A stretch of DNA of 24,000 nt from an uncultured archaeon (GCA_964648855.1 CAZYLT010000004.1:19190-43189); one strand, 5' to 3'. Positions 1-9,934 are shown, counted from the stretch's first letter. Numbers and translations are program-made. Notes: generated by a model not told the origin, from the sequence alone.

Positions 1-26
1 AATGTGAGTAGAATCAAAAAAGAACC

Positions 27-145
27 GCGGGAGTTGCCAAGACAGGCCAAAGGCGGCGGACTTAAGATCAGATGAAAAATGGGGTCATCAATGAGAGATC
101 CGCTCTCGTAGGAGTCCGAGGGTTCAAATCCCTCCTCCCGCACCA
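27..145 (+). tRNA. tRNA-Leu(UAA), type II, interrupted by a ~31-nt intron (67-97) at position 37/38; CCA encoded
   Basis: Acceptor GCGGGAG 27-33 / CTCCCGC 135-141; anticodon stem GCGGA 56-60 / TCCGC 99-103; loop CTTAAG|A with anticodon TAA 63-65; T-arm GAGGG TTCAAAT CCCTC 118-134; variable arm CTC/GAG; CCA 143-145. BHB: CTTA(61-64)/TGAG(92-95), bulges AGA(65-67) and AGA(96-98). Confidence 0.93.
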
Positions 146-207
146 TTCTTTTTCGACCAATGCGGTAATTTTATGGGTACTTTGCTGAGCAGAAGGATTG
201 CTTAAAA

Positions 208-1521
208 ATGGGATATCATAACTTAGAATTTCCGGAGAATTTTCTTTGGGGAAGTGCGGCTGCAGCTCACCAAACAGAGGGCGGAAATTTCAATAACTGG
301 AGTGAATGGGAAAGGATTCCTGGCAAAATCATCGACGGTAGTGATTCCAGTATTGCCTGTGACCACTATAACAGATATGAAGAGGATTTCGATCTGGCCC
401 AGGAACTGGGACACCAAGTGCACCGATTTTCAATTGCATGGAGTAGGATTGAACCAGAGCGGAGCAAGTGGGATGAAGGCGAGATTGACCATTATAGATC
501 GGTTCTCCAGGCGCTTGTTGACAGAGAGATTCAGCCCGTGGTAACATTACACCATTTTACAGAACCGGTCTGGTTCAGAGATTTGGGTTCTTGGTTAAAT
601 CCAAATTCTCCTGAGATTTTCGCGCCATATTGTAGAAAGATAGCTGAAGCGTTCTCTGATTTTGACATCATATGGAACACTATTAACGAGCCTATGGTAG
701 TAACGACAATGGGCTATGTGTTTGGCGAATTCCCCCCTGAAGAGAAGGACTTCGGAAAGGGACTGACTGTTGCAAAACATCTGCTAATGGCACATGGACA
801 GGCCGCAACACAAGTCAGACAAGCCTATGATGAAGTTGGGAAAGAACAACCACAGATTGCCCCCGTTATCAGTGTTTCGCACTTCATGCCAGCCGACCCC
901 GAAAATGAGGACGACCTGGAGTTAGTAGAGTATCTAGATGAGATATACAATCATGTTTGGATCAGAGGGGCTATTGATGGAATCCTTCCGGAACCTGCAG
1001 GTGACGGAAGCAGATATCCACCGCTTGATGATTCAGTAGATTTCATAGGTCTGAATTACTATAGCAGAATGGTTGTATCGTCTGAGCTTGATTTCATGGC
1101 TGGTGAAATGCCACCAAAAGACCCCGAACTGGAACGATGTGAAGGCCTAGATTGGGAAGTATATCCAGAGGGATATTATCAGGTATTACGATCATTTGGG
1201 GATAAGTATGGCAGGCCTATCTTTCTAACAGAGAACGGGATAGGGACGAGTGATGATAATGTTCGCCAACGCTATATCATCAACCACCTTCAAGAGGTTC
1301 ATCGTGCGATCCAGGATGGAGTCGAGATACTAGGATATCTTGTCTGGTCGCTCACGGACAATTTTGAATGGGCACAGGGGTTCAGTAGTCATTTTGGTCT
1401 CGTTGAGATTGATTATGATACTTTGGAGAGGAAACCAAAAGAGAGTGCGTATATGTTTAGAGAAATCATAGAGGAAAATGCACTAACGAAGGAAATCCAA
1501 GAGAAGTATCTGCGGGATTAA
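208..1521 (+). CDS. Glycoside hydrolase family 1 (beta-glucosidase/beta-galactosidase-like)
   Basis: 437 aa ORF with GH1 motifs: FLWGSAAAAHQTEG at N-terminus, TINEP (acid/base) and LTENGIG (nucleophile), C-terminal SLTDNFEWAQGF. Confidence 0.93.
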   Translation: MGYHNLEFPENFLWGSAAAAHQTEGGNFNNWSEWERIPGKIIDGSDSSIACDHYNRYEEDFDLAQELGHQVHRFSIAWSRIEPERSKWDEGEIDHYRSVLQALVDREIQPVVTLHHFTEPVWFRDLGSWLNPNSPEIFAPYCRKIAEAFSDFDIIWNTINEPMVVTTMGYVFGEFPPEEKDFGKGLTVAKHLLMAHGQAATQVRQAYDEVGKEQPQIAPVISVSHFMPADPENEDDLELVEYLDEIYNHVWIRGAIDGILPEPAGDGSRYPPLDDSVDFIGLNYYSRMVVSSELDFMAGEMPPKDPELERCEGLDWEVYPEGYYQVLRSFGDKYGRPIFLTENGIGTSDDNVRQRYIINHLQEVHRAIQDGVEILGYLVWSLTDNFEWAQGFSSHFGLVEIDYDTLERKPKESAYMFREIIEENALTKEIQEKYLRD

Positions 1522-1528
1522 GATAGAA

Positions 1529-2092
1529 ATGAGTCTTGACGTACTATTCTCTGCAACGGGACTTATTGTTCTCATGGAAATAGGCGACAAGACCATGCTA
1601 ACTACCATGTGCCTTAGTGCCCAATACAGGAAACCATGGTTTGTTCTGATGGCATCACTTTCTGCATTAGCTGCTTCTTCCATTATTGCAATATTGTTGG
1701 CCGCCCTCCTAGCAACGGCATTGCCTCTCAATATAATAATCTACATCTCAGGCTTCTTATTTATCGGGCTTGGTGTGTATTCCTTTCTAGGTTTGGACAA
1801 TGAACAAGAACAGAGCTGTGAAAATCGGGGAACAGTATTCAGTATGTTTACACTAATCCTGTTTTCGGAGCTGGGGGATAAGAGTCAGCTGGCAATTCTT
1901 GCACTAGCAGTGCAGTCAGTATTCCCAATCATGGTGCTTTTAGGAGCTATTGTAGGGTTTATCGTAGTCAATGCAATCGGGGTTGTAGTTGGTGATAAAA
2001 TATCGGCAAAATTGCCAATGAGAGGAATTAGAATAAGCACAGGTATCCTTTTCATAGTATTCGGTATTTTCATTCTATTTGGAATTCTATAG
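1529..2092 (+). CDS. TMEM165/Gdt1 (UPF0016)-family membrane cation transporter
   Basis: 187 aa, hydrophobic, two copies of the E-x-G-D-K-(T/S) signature (LMEIGDKTML and FSELGDKSQL). Confidence 0.88.
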   Translation: MSLDVLFSATGLIVLMEIGDKTMLTTMCLSAQYRKPWFVLMASLSALAASSIIAILLAALLATALPLNIIIYISGFLFIGLGVYSFLGLDNEQEQSCENRGTVFSMFTLILFSELGDKSQLAILALAVQSVFPIMVLLGAIVGFIVVNAIGVVVGDKISAKLPMRGIRISTGILFIVFGIFILFGIL

Positions 2093-2153
2093 AAATACGA
2101 AGGTTTTATTCTGATGATTAGCACCTCGAAAATGAGTGGAAGGTGTTGATATA

Positions 2154-3509
2154 ATGAGCTTGGAAGACTCTGGCTACAAAGGCACTCTCTTGAAGAAGCT
2201 TGCATCTGCAGGCATTAAGATGGGTGATAGAGTGCGATTCAGAGATGGTGAAAAGGAAATTGAAGGGATAATAATGCCCCGTAGTCAGATAGGAGCTGAT
2301 TCACATCATTTGGTTCTCAAACTAGATAGTGGATACAATTTAGGTCTAAGAGTGAATGAAAACACAACTCTACAGAGGCTCAAGCGCAATGAGATGAAAT
2401 CTGTTTCACCTGATGCGGATATTCTAGAAAGTGAGGACTCCAGTCTTCCACATGTTTCAATTCTCAGTACAGGAGGAACTATAGCCAGCAAAGTCGACTA
2501 TCTTACAGGAGCTGTAAATCCCGCCCTTACAGCTGAAGACCTCTACGAGTCTGTTCCCGAATTAAGGGAGTATGCGCGGATTGATGCGAGAGTACTGCTT
2601 AGCGAGTTATCAGAGAATATAGAGCCAAAACATTGGTCGAAAATTGCCCGTGCGGTTGCAAAGGAAATTCGAAAGGGAGTGGATGGCGTCGTTGTTGCTC
2701 ATGGGACAGATACATTGGGCCTAACATCGGCAGCTCTGTCCTTTGCTCTTCAGAACCTTCCTGTACCGTTGGCGTTAGTTGGCGCGCAGCGTTCCTCAGA
2801 TCGACCGTCTTCAGATGCCTCGATGAATCTTATTGGTGCAGTAGAACTTGTGGGAAGGTCTGATATTGCGGAAGTTTTAGTGGTAATGCATGGCGAAACG
2901 GATGACTCCTATGTTTATGCGCACAGAGGAACCAGAGTTCGAAAACTACATACGAGTAGGCGAGATGCATTCAGGACAGTGAATGATTATCCTATTCTGA
3001 AAGGGGAGGGAAAGAATATTGTTGAGATAAGTGCCCCTCTCTTACGTCGCAATTCTAAGAGAAAACTACAAGTGAAACCGAGGTTTGAGGAGAGAGTTGG
3101 TCTGGTCAAAACATATCCGGGCATATCTGCGGATATTGTAGACCATCTTGTCGATAGAAATTATCGGGGAATAATCATAGAAGGTTCAGGTCTGGGGCAC
3201 GCACCCACTCGGATTAATGGCGCCATTGAGCGTGCAATCGAATCTGGATTGGTAGTAGCAATGACTAGTCAGTGTATTTTCGGTCGGGTTGATATGAATG
3301 TGTACCGATCCGGGGTGGAGCTTCTGGATCTCGGTGTTATTCCGTGTGAAGATATGCTCCCTGAAACGGCTCTTGTGAAATTGATGTGGCTGCTAGCTAA
3401 TCGCAAGGATTTGGATCAGGTCAAATCTGACTTGACAAAGCCGATGACAGGAGAGATAGAAATGAGGACCGAATATGCAGAATACTTTGATAGACAAGAG
3501 GTGGAATGA
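2154..3509 (+). CDS. gatD: Glutamyl-tRNA(Gln) amidotransferase subunit D (GatD); track ORF starts at 2136, ATG 2154 (MSLEDSG) also plausible
   Basis: Asparaginase-like motifs (HVSILSTGGTIAS, VVVAHGTDTLG, GAQRSSDRPSSD) plus N-terminal GatD-type domain; directly followed by gatE. Confidence 0.93.
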   Translation: MSLEDSGYKGTLLKKLASAGIKMGDRVRFRDGEKEIEGIIMPRSQIGADSHHLVLKLDSGYNLGLRVNENTTLQRLKRNEMKSVSPDADILESEDSSLPHVSILSTGGTIASKVDYLTGAVNPALTAEDLYESVPELREYARIDARVLLSELSENIEPKHWSKIARAVAKEIRKGVDGVVVAHGTDTLGLTSAALSFALQNLPVPLALVGAQRSSDRPSSDASMNLIGAVELVGRSDIAEVLVVMHGETDDSYVYAHRGTRVRKLHTSRRDAFRTVNDYPILKGEGKNIVEISAPLLRRNSKRKLQVKPRFEERVGLVKTYPGISADIVDHLVDRNYRGIIIEGSGLGHAPTRINGAIERAIESGLVVAMTSQCIFGRVDMNVYRSGVELLDLGVIPCEDMLPETALVKLMWLLANRKDLDQVKSDLTKPMTGEIEMRTEYAEYFDRQEVE

Positions 3510-5427
3510 AGTGGCACCCAGCCTGGATTATGATGAATTGGGTTTGATGGTTGGTTTGGAACTTCATCAGCAGTTAGATACTGAGAGAAAGTTATACTGT
3601 CACTGCCGCACTGTGATTCGAGATGATCAACCACATGGAAGGTTCACCAGACGACTCCGTCCGACCCAAAGTGAGATGGGACAGGTAGACCCGGCTGCAT
3701 TGTTTGAATTTCAGCGGAACAAGAGATTCTGTTACGAATTCTATAATGATACAACCTGTCTAGTAGAAGCAGATGAAGAGCCCCCACACAGCATTGATGA
3801 GGAATCCATAGATATCTGTCTCACAATGGCGAGCTTTTTGGAATCAACGCCTGTTGACGAAATTCATCCGATGAGAAAGATAGTAATTGATGGAAGTAAC
3901 ACGACCGGATTTCAGAGAACATGTATTATTGCAAGAGGTGGAAAGATTCGAGTTGGAAAGAAAGGAATAGGCATACAGACTATTTGTCTTGAAGAAGACG
4001 CTGCAAGGAAAATCGCTGATGATGCGAGAGAGAATGTTACGACATATAGATTGGATAGACTGGGAATTCCATTGATAGAGGTTGCAACGGCACCCGATAT
4101 CAATACGCCTAGAGAGGCAGAAGACGTTGCATTGGCCTTGGGTATTTTGCTGCGGTCCACAGGGAAAGTAAAACGAGGGCTGGGAACCATACGTCAGGAT
4201 GTGAATGTATCAATTGAAGGAGGGGGTATAATTGAGATAAAGGGGTTGCAGCAGCTTGCATTGCTATCAACAGTTGTGGAGCTAGAGGCAATACGACAAA
4301 AGAATCTCCTGCAAATACAAAAGGAATTAGAGAAGCGAAATGTGACAATTGAAGCAATAGAAGACCAAATCTATGACGTGACGGACATATTTGATAAATC
4401 CGATTCGAAGGTTATCAAAAGTGCTATGGAAAAAGGCGGTCGAGTCAAAGCTGTAAAGCTTCCTGCATTTGCAGAATTGGTAGGAAAAGAGATACAGCCC
4501 AACCGAAGACTAGGAAGTGAGCTATCCGACTATGCGAACTTTTGGGGTGACGTCGGAGGAATATTCCATACAGATGAGCTTCCCAAATATGGAATCACAC
4601 AACGTAATGTTGACGAAGTCAGGAAATCGGTTTCAGCAGATGGCAATGACGCAGTCATAATTGTCGCTGCCCCTGAAAAGAACTGCAATGATGCGCTTAG
4701 GGCGGTCTTGGACCGTGCACGAGAAACAATTCTCGGAGTTCCAGCTGAAACACGCACCCCTCTTTCTGATGGCACAACCAAATACGCTAGACCTCGACCG
4801 GGTGCAGAGAGAATGTATCCAGAAACTGATGTGAGAGCTGTTGTTATCGACAAAGAACGTATCAGAAAAATAGAGAAGAACCTGCCCGAAAAATTGGAGG
4901 AGAGGAGAACCCGTTTTATTCGACAGCATGGGTTAAGTGAAGAGCTGGCTGGTCAGATCACCAGATCATTGAATATTGATTTGTACGAAGAGATCGTTGA
5001 TGTTGTTGATATCTCTCCCACACTTGTAGCAGTTACACTAGAGAATACTATGGTCAGTCTCAACAGGGATGATGTGCCTACGGAAAACATTCCAGAAAAC
5101 CAGATTGTCGCCATTTTTGAAGAGGTCTCATCAGGTGATATATCTCCGGAGGCAATTCCTGACATGTTGACTTTTTTTGCCAATAATCCGGAGGCAAGCT
5201 TCGAAGAGGCGCTATCGAAAACGGGATTGGAAAAAATTGAGGAAGAACAGGTTTCTGGTTATATCAGGAACTTGGTGAAGGAACGGAAGGACTTTGTCGA
5301 GAGGGAGGGAAGGCGGGCAATAGGCGGCCTCATGGGAGTTGCTATGAAAGAGCTTCATGGAAAGGCAGATGGAAAACGGGTAAGAGAATTACTCATGGAA
5401 GAAATCCGGAAGTTAACATCTGACTGA
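3475..5427 (+). CDS. gatE: Glutamyl-tRNA(Gln) amidotransferase subunit E (GatE); GTG at 3511 is an alternative start just after the gatD stop
   Basis: GatB/GatE signatures (GLELHQQLDTERKLYCHC, VEADEEPPHSIDEES, GLGTIRQDVNVSIEGG), GAD-type insert, C-terminal YqeY-like tail. Confidence 0.93.
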   Translation: MQNTLIDKRWNEVAPSLDYDELGLMVGLELHQQLDTERKLYCHCRTVIRDDQPHGRFTRRLRPTQSEMGQVDPAALFEFQRNKRFCYEFYNDTTCLVEADEEPPHSIDEESIDICLTMASFLESTPVDEIHPMRKIVIDGSNTTGFQRTCIIARGGKIRVGKKGIGIQTICLEEDAARKIADDARENVTTYRLDRLGIPLIEVATAPDINTPREAEDVALALGILLRSTGKVKRGLGTIRQDVNVSIEGGGIIEIKGLQQLALLSTVVELEAIRQKNLLQIQKELEKRNVTIEAIEDQIYDVTDIFDKSDSKVIKSAMEKGGRVKAVKLPAFAELVGKEIQPNRRLGSELSDYANFWGDVGGIFHTDELPKYGITQRNVDEVRKSVSADGNDAVIIVAAPEKNCNDALRAVLDRARETILGVPAETRTPLSDGTTKYARPRPGAERMYPETDVRAVVIDKERIRKIEKNLPEKLEERRTRFIRQHGLSEELAGQITRSLNIDLYEEIVDVVDISPTLVAVTLENTMVSLNRDDVPTENIPENQIVAIFEEVSSGDISPEAIPDMLTFFANNPEASFEEALSKTGLEKIEEEQVSGYIRNLVKERKDFVEREGRRAIGGLMGVAMKELHGKADGKRVRELLMEEIRKLTSD

Positions 5428-5513
5428 GTATTGTAGTGTGAAGCGTAACTTTAATAGAGAAATCAAGCGGTGGGCACCGATGAGAGGGCTTTGCTCCTTT
5501 CTGACTAACGCGT

Positions 5514-5647
5514 GCCGCAGTGGCCTAGCCTGGTTAGGGCGCGAGACTCATAATCTGTCCATAATGGACTAATAATGGGGTCATACGTCTCGGGCCTCGA
5601 GATGAGACATCTCGAAGTCGAGGGCTCGAATCCCTCCTGCGGCACCA
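5514..5647 (+). tRNA. tRNA-Met(CAU) (elongator type by acceptor sequence; tRNA-Ile2 not excluded) with one 56-nt intron (5553-5608) at position 37/38; CCA encoded
   Basis: Acceptor GCCGCAG 5514-5520 / CTGCGGC 5637-5643; anticodon stem CGAGA 5542-5546 / TCTCG 5610-5614; spliced loop CTCATA|A; variable AAGTC; T-arm GAGGG CTCGAAT CCCTC. BHB: CTCA(5547-5550)/TGAG(5603-5606), bulges TAA and ACA. Confidence 0.92.
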
Positions 5648-5786
5648 AACTGTCGTTCGTTGCAAAGTCATTGACGCGTGTGCAGACACATTTTTGAGTG
5701 GATGTAGGTTAGAGTGATTGTGGATAGGTTATGTTGTGAACTAACCATCCTCTAGTATTGGAAATAGGACTTTGTGGTGAAAAGAG

Positions 5787-7001
5787 ATGAGTTTGCCCTT
5801 CAAGACATTGGACGACGTGGAGTATGCAGGCAAGAAAATCCTCATGCGAGCTGACATGAATTGTTCTGTCAATTCCGAAACAAAGGAGATCACTGACAGC
5901 TCTAGGATAGAGGCGATCCTTCCGACGCTTGAGGATTTGTCCAAGAGTGGTGTTGCATTGATGGCACACCAGGGGAGGCCTGGGAGTGATGATTTCATTT
6001 CATTGCAGCCACATACAGAGATTCTGCAGGATTTGGAAGTAAACGCCAGTTTTGTTGATGATATCTTCGGTGAGAAGGCCAAGTCAGCAATAAAAAACTT
6101 GGACATAGGAGAAGTCCTTGTTCTTCAAAATGTCAGGTATTTTGATGGTGAATTAAAGAAGGCGCCAGTTGAGGAAGTAGCCAAAGAACCGTTGGTACAA
6201 GAGCTATATCCTCTGTTTGATCTATTTGTAAATGACGCATTTGGCGCGGCTCATAGATCACAGGCATCTCTGGTAGGATTCACGCCGTATCTCCCATCAG
6301 TGGCAGGGAGACTTATGGAAAAAGAAATCCGCACACTGAGCAAGGCTGTTGACACAGAGAAGCACCCTTGGACTCTTGTGTTGGGTGGCGCAAAAGTAGA
6401 AGATAAAGTAAAGACATTAGAGAAACTGCTGAAGACAGGAAGAGTCGACCATGCCTTGCTTGGTGGTCTTGTAGCCACTGCTCTATTGGTTTCAAGTGGA
6501 AAAATAGCCAAGGAATACTCCAAGCCTATTGGCAGTTTTGATTCAATCAGTGATTCTGCTAAGACATTGTTAGAGGAGTATGCGGACATTATCGTGCTTC
6601 CAACTGATGCAGCTGTCGAGAGAGATGAGTCTCGTGTAGATTCCTCGTTTGATGAAATGAATGAAGATCCATTCTATGATATTGGCAAAGAAACAATGAA
6701 GGTGTTCGAAGATATCATAGGAAAGTCTGCCGTTGTATTTGCGAACGGACCTATGGGGCTCTTTGAAAAGGAACCGTTTGCCTTGGGAACGGAGAAGGTT
6801 CTTCGTGCGATTGCAGCCATTGATGGCGTTACGGTTGTGGGTGGTGGGCATCTTGGAGCCATGGCCAGAGAGATGGAATTAGAGAGGCAGGTGTCCCATA
6901 TAAGCACCGGCGGTGGATCCACTATAAATTTCCTCACCGGAAAGAAACTTGAAGTAGTTCAAGCCTTGGAGAAGGCTGCAGAACGCATGGACACGAGATG
7001 A
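5787..7001 (+). CDS. pgk: Phosphoglycerate kinase
   Basis: 404 aa; MRADMNCSV, MAHQGRPG, NDAFGAAHRSQAS, LGGAKVEDK, VGGGHLGAMA and STGGGSTINFLTG motifs. Confidence 0.95.
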   Translation: MSLPFKTLDDVEYAGKKILMRADMNCSVNSETKEITDSSRIEAILPTLEDLSKSGVALMAHQGRPGSDDFISLQPHTEILQDLEVNASFVDDIFGEKAKSAIKNLDIGEVLVLQNVRYFDGELKKAPVEEVAKEPLVQELYPLFDLFVNDAFGAAHRSQASLVGFTPYLPSVAGRLMEKEIRTLSKAVDTEKHPWTLVLGGAKVEDKVKTLEKLLKTGRVDHALLGGLVATALLVSSGKIAKEYSKPIGSFDSISDSAKTLLEEYADIIVLPTDAAVERDESRVDSSFDEMNEDPFYDIGKETMKVFEDIIGKSAVVFANGPMGLFEKEPFALGTEKVLRAIAAIDGVTVVGGGHLGAMAREMELERQVSHISTGGGSTINFLTGKKLEVVQALEKAAERMDTR

Positions 7002-7065
7002 CTACACATCATCAAAGTCAATCTTTATCTATGTCGCGAACAAGAAAGAGATAGAGGTAAGCCAC

Positions 7066-7650
7066 TTGCCTAGCTGTGAGCTTTGCGGCAGACAGATGAA
7101 GGGACGAGGACGAGACATCACAATAGACGGTGTCGAGATGAATGTCTGCCCACAATGCGCATCCAAGTTTGGTGGAAATGCAAAGGAAAAGGAAACGATA
7201 AGTAGAGCCCCCTCATCGGGCCGTCGACCTGCTTGGTCAGGTCGGTCTTCATACCCGCGTTCCTCACCCCAAAAATCATCAGGTACGAGCCAACGAAGTA
7301 GTCCAACAAGGAAGTCCACTAAACGCAGGGGTGGACCACATCTAGATGAAATGGTCCTGATAAAAGACTATGCGGACACTATTCGTTCAGCCAGACAAAG
7401 GAAAGGACTAAATCAGGAGGAACTGGCACAGGCCATCGGAGAGCGGATTACTACTCTGCAGTCAATTGAAGCTGGAAAACTGAAACCAACTCAAAAGGTG
7501 ATTCGAGGGCTGGAGCGAGAATTGGGAATTTCATTATTGGAGGCTATTGGAACGGTTCCTCTCAAGAAACTAAGAGGAAAGAAAGCAGGTGGCCCCACAC
7601 TTGGTGATGTTGTGAAAGTAAAAAGAAAGAAGTCACAGAAGAGTGATTGA
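7066..7650 (+). CDS. Multiprotein bridging factor 1-like transcription factor (zinc ribbon + HTH_3), TTG start
   Basis: N-terminal CELCGR..CPQCASKFG zinc ribbon, C-terminal Cro/C1-type HTH (IRSARQRKGLNQEELAQAIGERITTLQSIEAGKLKPT); GAGGT upstream of TTG. Confidence 0.85.
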   Translation: MPSCELCGRQMKGRGRDITIDGVEMNVCPQCASKFGGNAKEKETISRAPSSGRRPAWSGRSSYPRSSPQKSSGTSQRSSPTRKSTKRRGGPHLDEMVLIKDYADTIRSARQRKGLNQEELAQAIGERITTLQSIEAGKLKPTQKVIRGLERELGISLLEAIGTVPLKKLRGKKAGGPTLGDVVKVKRKKSQKSD

Positions 7651-7805
7651 ATCGCCTAGATGAGAGTTTCTAATGGGTAAAGAACAGCTCTTATATATCA
7701 TGTAACCAAATAATATACTAGATGCACAGCTTTGGGCTTGAACTTCTGAAACTGATACAGGTCCAGTCATATAGCCAAATATAGCAGCTTAGGTGAAATC
7801 AGCAA

Positions 7806-8330
7806 ATGTCAAAATCAAGCTTCAACAATGACCTATTCAGACTCGTAGTGGAAGAGATAGCTGGGAAAGAGGGGGTAGAGGTTGCTACGGTACTAGTGAA
7901 CTCGGATGAAACAACGGATGAGGAGATAGCCACCAAGACTGATTTGAAGCTTAATGTTGTGAGAAAGATTCTGTATAATCTGCATGATAATCATCTGGCA
8001 TCATATCGTAGAATTCGTGATAGCAATACAGGTTGGTTTCTTTATTACTGGCGAATTGATCCGAAGAAGGCGCAGGCACTTGTGAATAGAAAGAAACGAA
8101 TGGTGCTGAATCTTCTTGAACAAAGATTAGAACACGAGAGTAACAATGACTTGTATGCCTGTGTAAATCGTGATTCCTCACCCGTTCCTTTTGAAGAGGC
8201 AATGAGTCTATCATTTAGGTGTCCAAACTGTAATGAACCCCTTGAGTTTGTGGATAATGCCAAGGCCGTAAGTTTTCTCAAGAAGCGTGTAGAGGAACTT
8301 AAGGCAGATTTGGAAACAGCTTCTACATAG
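7806..8330 (+). CDS. tfe: Transcription initiation factor E alpha-like (TFE)
   Basis: N-terminal winged helix (TDEEIATKTDLKLNVVRKILYNLHDNHLASYRR), YYWRIDP, C-terminal CPNCNEPLEF zinc ribbon half. Confidence 0.9.
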   Translation: MSKSSFNNDLFRLVVEEIAGKEGVEVATVLVNSDETTDEEIATKTDLKLNVVRKILYNLHDNHLASYRRIRDSNTGWFLYYWRIDPKKAQALVNRKKRMVLNLLEQRLEHESNNDLYACVNRDSSPVPFEEAMSLSFRCPNCNEPLEFVDNAKAVSFLKKRVEELKADLETAST

Positions 8331-8354
8331 TGCGCGTTCATTTTAGGAATACTT

Positions 8355-9137
8355 GTGGTCAGACAAATAGAAGGCGTTAGTGAAATGATAGAATTAACCT
8401 TACTAGCCCGTATATACGGAGATTATCAGAATAGGCTTCTTCGTGATTTTGAGAGAGATCTTCATGAGAGGACGTCTGAGCTGGACATTCGGATTAGAAA
8501 AGTTTCAACTGATGAGAGGGGTCATATCATTGTGGCTGTGGATGGAGAAGATGAAGAATTTGTCAGAAATACCCTAGCATCGGAATATGGAACAACTAAT
8601 TCGTTCGAGTCCATTTCAACAACAAGTGAATATTCTGGACAGCTTCGAGACGTGGGAAAGGTGGGGTATGGAATCTATGTCGATATTGGTGTTACCGATC
8701 CTTCGATGAGTGATGCATTGGTACCGTTGCATAAGCTTCGTTCTCAGTTTGAGATGAGTGCATCTGTACGGACTATTGCAGGCTCTTTTGTACTCGTAGA
8801 CAATTTTCCTGTCACAGTCAAAGTTTTGCACAAAGACGAAAGAAAGCTTGAGATTGAAGCTGAATTTACACCACAATTAATCGACCAATTGGATACGTGG
8901 AGCAATGACGATCATCAGCGGCTCCTAGTATTTGGCGCCAATTGCGATATGGTCGATAGTGCACTTGAACGGACAAATCATAGACAGGATATCTACGAGA
9001 TTGAGAGATTAGGACCATTCGAGTTCTCTCTGAGATGCAAACGTTCCACACGAGCAACAGGTATTATCGCTGCTATAGGGCCAATATTGAGAGGTGTTCC
9101 TATGCACCTCTTCATACCTCGAGAAATAGGTGACTAG
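8355..9137 (+). CDS. DUF2110-like archaeal protein; internal ATG at about 8382 (MIELTLLARIYG) may be the true start
   Basis: 260 aa ORF between tfe and tlyA-like gene, resembles the archaeal DUF2110 family from recalled sequence features and context. Confidence 0.65.
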   Translation: MVRQIEGVSEMIELTLLARIYGDYQNRLLRDFERDLHERTSELDIRIRKVSTDERGHIIVAVDGEDEEFVRNTLASEYGTTNSFESISTTSEYSGQLRDVGKVGYGIYVDIGVTDPSMSDALVPLHKLRSQFEMSASVRTIAGSFVLVDNFPVTVKVLHKDERKLEIEAEFTPQLIDQLDTWSNDDHQRLLVFGANCDMVDSALERTNHRQDIYEIERLGPFEFSLRCKRSTRATGIIAAIGPILRGVPMHLFIPREIGD

Positions 9138-9819
9138 TCGTATGCCACGCCTTGATGTCTGGCTGGTTGAGAATGGTCACTTTTCATCAAGACAAATGGC
9201 TAAGAGAGCTATCAAACAAGGATTAGTAATAGTAAACGGAGAAGAAGCAAAACCCTCGAAACGAGTTACTGGAAAAGAAAACATTGTAATTTCCCCGAAA
9301 GCAAAGAACTATCCTGGGGGCTATTTCAAGCTCAAGAGGTTGGATGAGTTATTTCCGAAACTTCAGTTTAATCAAGATATGGACGCGATTGATATCGGGA
9401 GCTCTGCGGGAGGATTTCTACATTATTTGAAAGACAAGGGCATGAGAGTTACTGGCATTGAGATTTCAGAGCAATTTGTAAAGATGCTAATTCCGCTTGT
9501 CCAGAACAATGAAGCTTTGTCTCTTATTGTTGCGGACGCATTTGAACTGGAGCCTGAGAAAGTCTTTGAGAAGAGGCAGTTTGATGTGTTGTTGATTGAT
9601 GTGACCACAGAGATGGAGGGGACATTGGAACTCATTTTGTCATATCGTTCCATATTGAGGTCAGGTGGAATATTGATTGCTGCATTCAAATGTAATACAA
9701 CTAATAATAACCAAAAGCACTTAGTAAGAGAGGTGGGAAGCATGGGATTTGATTCTTTGAGGACAGTGGTCTTAGATGAATCAACTCAAGAGATCCACGT
9801 AGTAGGAAATAGACAATAA
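9130..9819 (+). CDS. TlyA/FtsJ-like rRNA methyltransferase with N-terminal S4 domain
   Basis: S4 motif RLDVWLVENGHFSSRQMAKRAIKQGLVIVNGE, then Rossmann MTase IDIGSSAGGFLHYLKDKGMRVTGIEISEQF. Confidence 0.87.
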   Translation: MTSRMPRLDVWLVENGHFSSRQMAKRAIKQGLVIVNGEEAKPSKRVTGKENIVISPKAKNYPGGYFKLKRLDELFPKLQFNQDMDAIDIGSSAGGFLHYLKDKGMRVTGIEISEQFVKMLIPLVQNNEALSLIVADAFELEPEKVFEKRQFDVLLIDVTTEMEGTLELILSYRSILRSGGILIAAFKCNTTNNNQKHLVREVGSMGFDSLRTVVLDESTQEIHVVGNRQ

Positions 9820-9856
9820 GTAATTCTTTTATGGTGACAAACAGGCACTGGTTTTA

Positions 9857-9934
9857 GGGCCGCTAGTCTAGCCCGGCTATGATGTCTCGCTTACACCGAG
9901 AAGATCGGTGGTTCAAATCCGCCGCGGCCCACCA
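9857..9934 (+). tRNA. tRNA-Val(UAC), uninterrupted, CCA encoded
   Basis: Acceptor GGGCCGC 9857-9863 / GCGGCCC 9924-9930; anticodon stem TCTCG/CGAGA with loop CTTACAC; T-arm GGTGG TTCAAAT CCGCC. Confidence 0.93.

Noticed and set aside
5490-5510. Possible C/D-box sRNA before tRNA-Met (CGATGAG ... CTGA)
   Set aside because: Box C is imperfect, there is no D'/C' pair or terminal stem, and the match is too short to exceed chance.
5553-5616. Two introns (34 nt at 37/38 and 22 nt in the variable loop) in tRNA-Met
   Set aside because: Neither boundary formed a BHB by hand. A single 56-nt intron 5553-5608 gives a perfect BHB, a CTCATAA loop, the CGAGA/TCTCG stem and a normal 5-nt variable loop.
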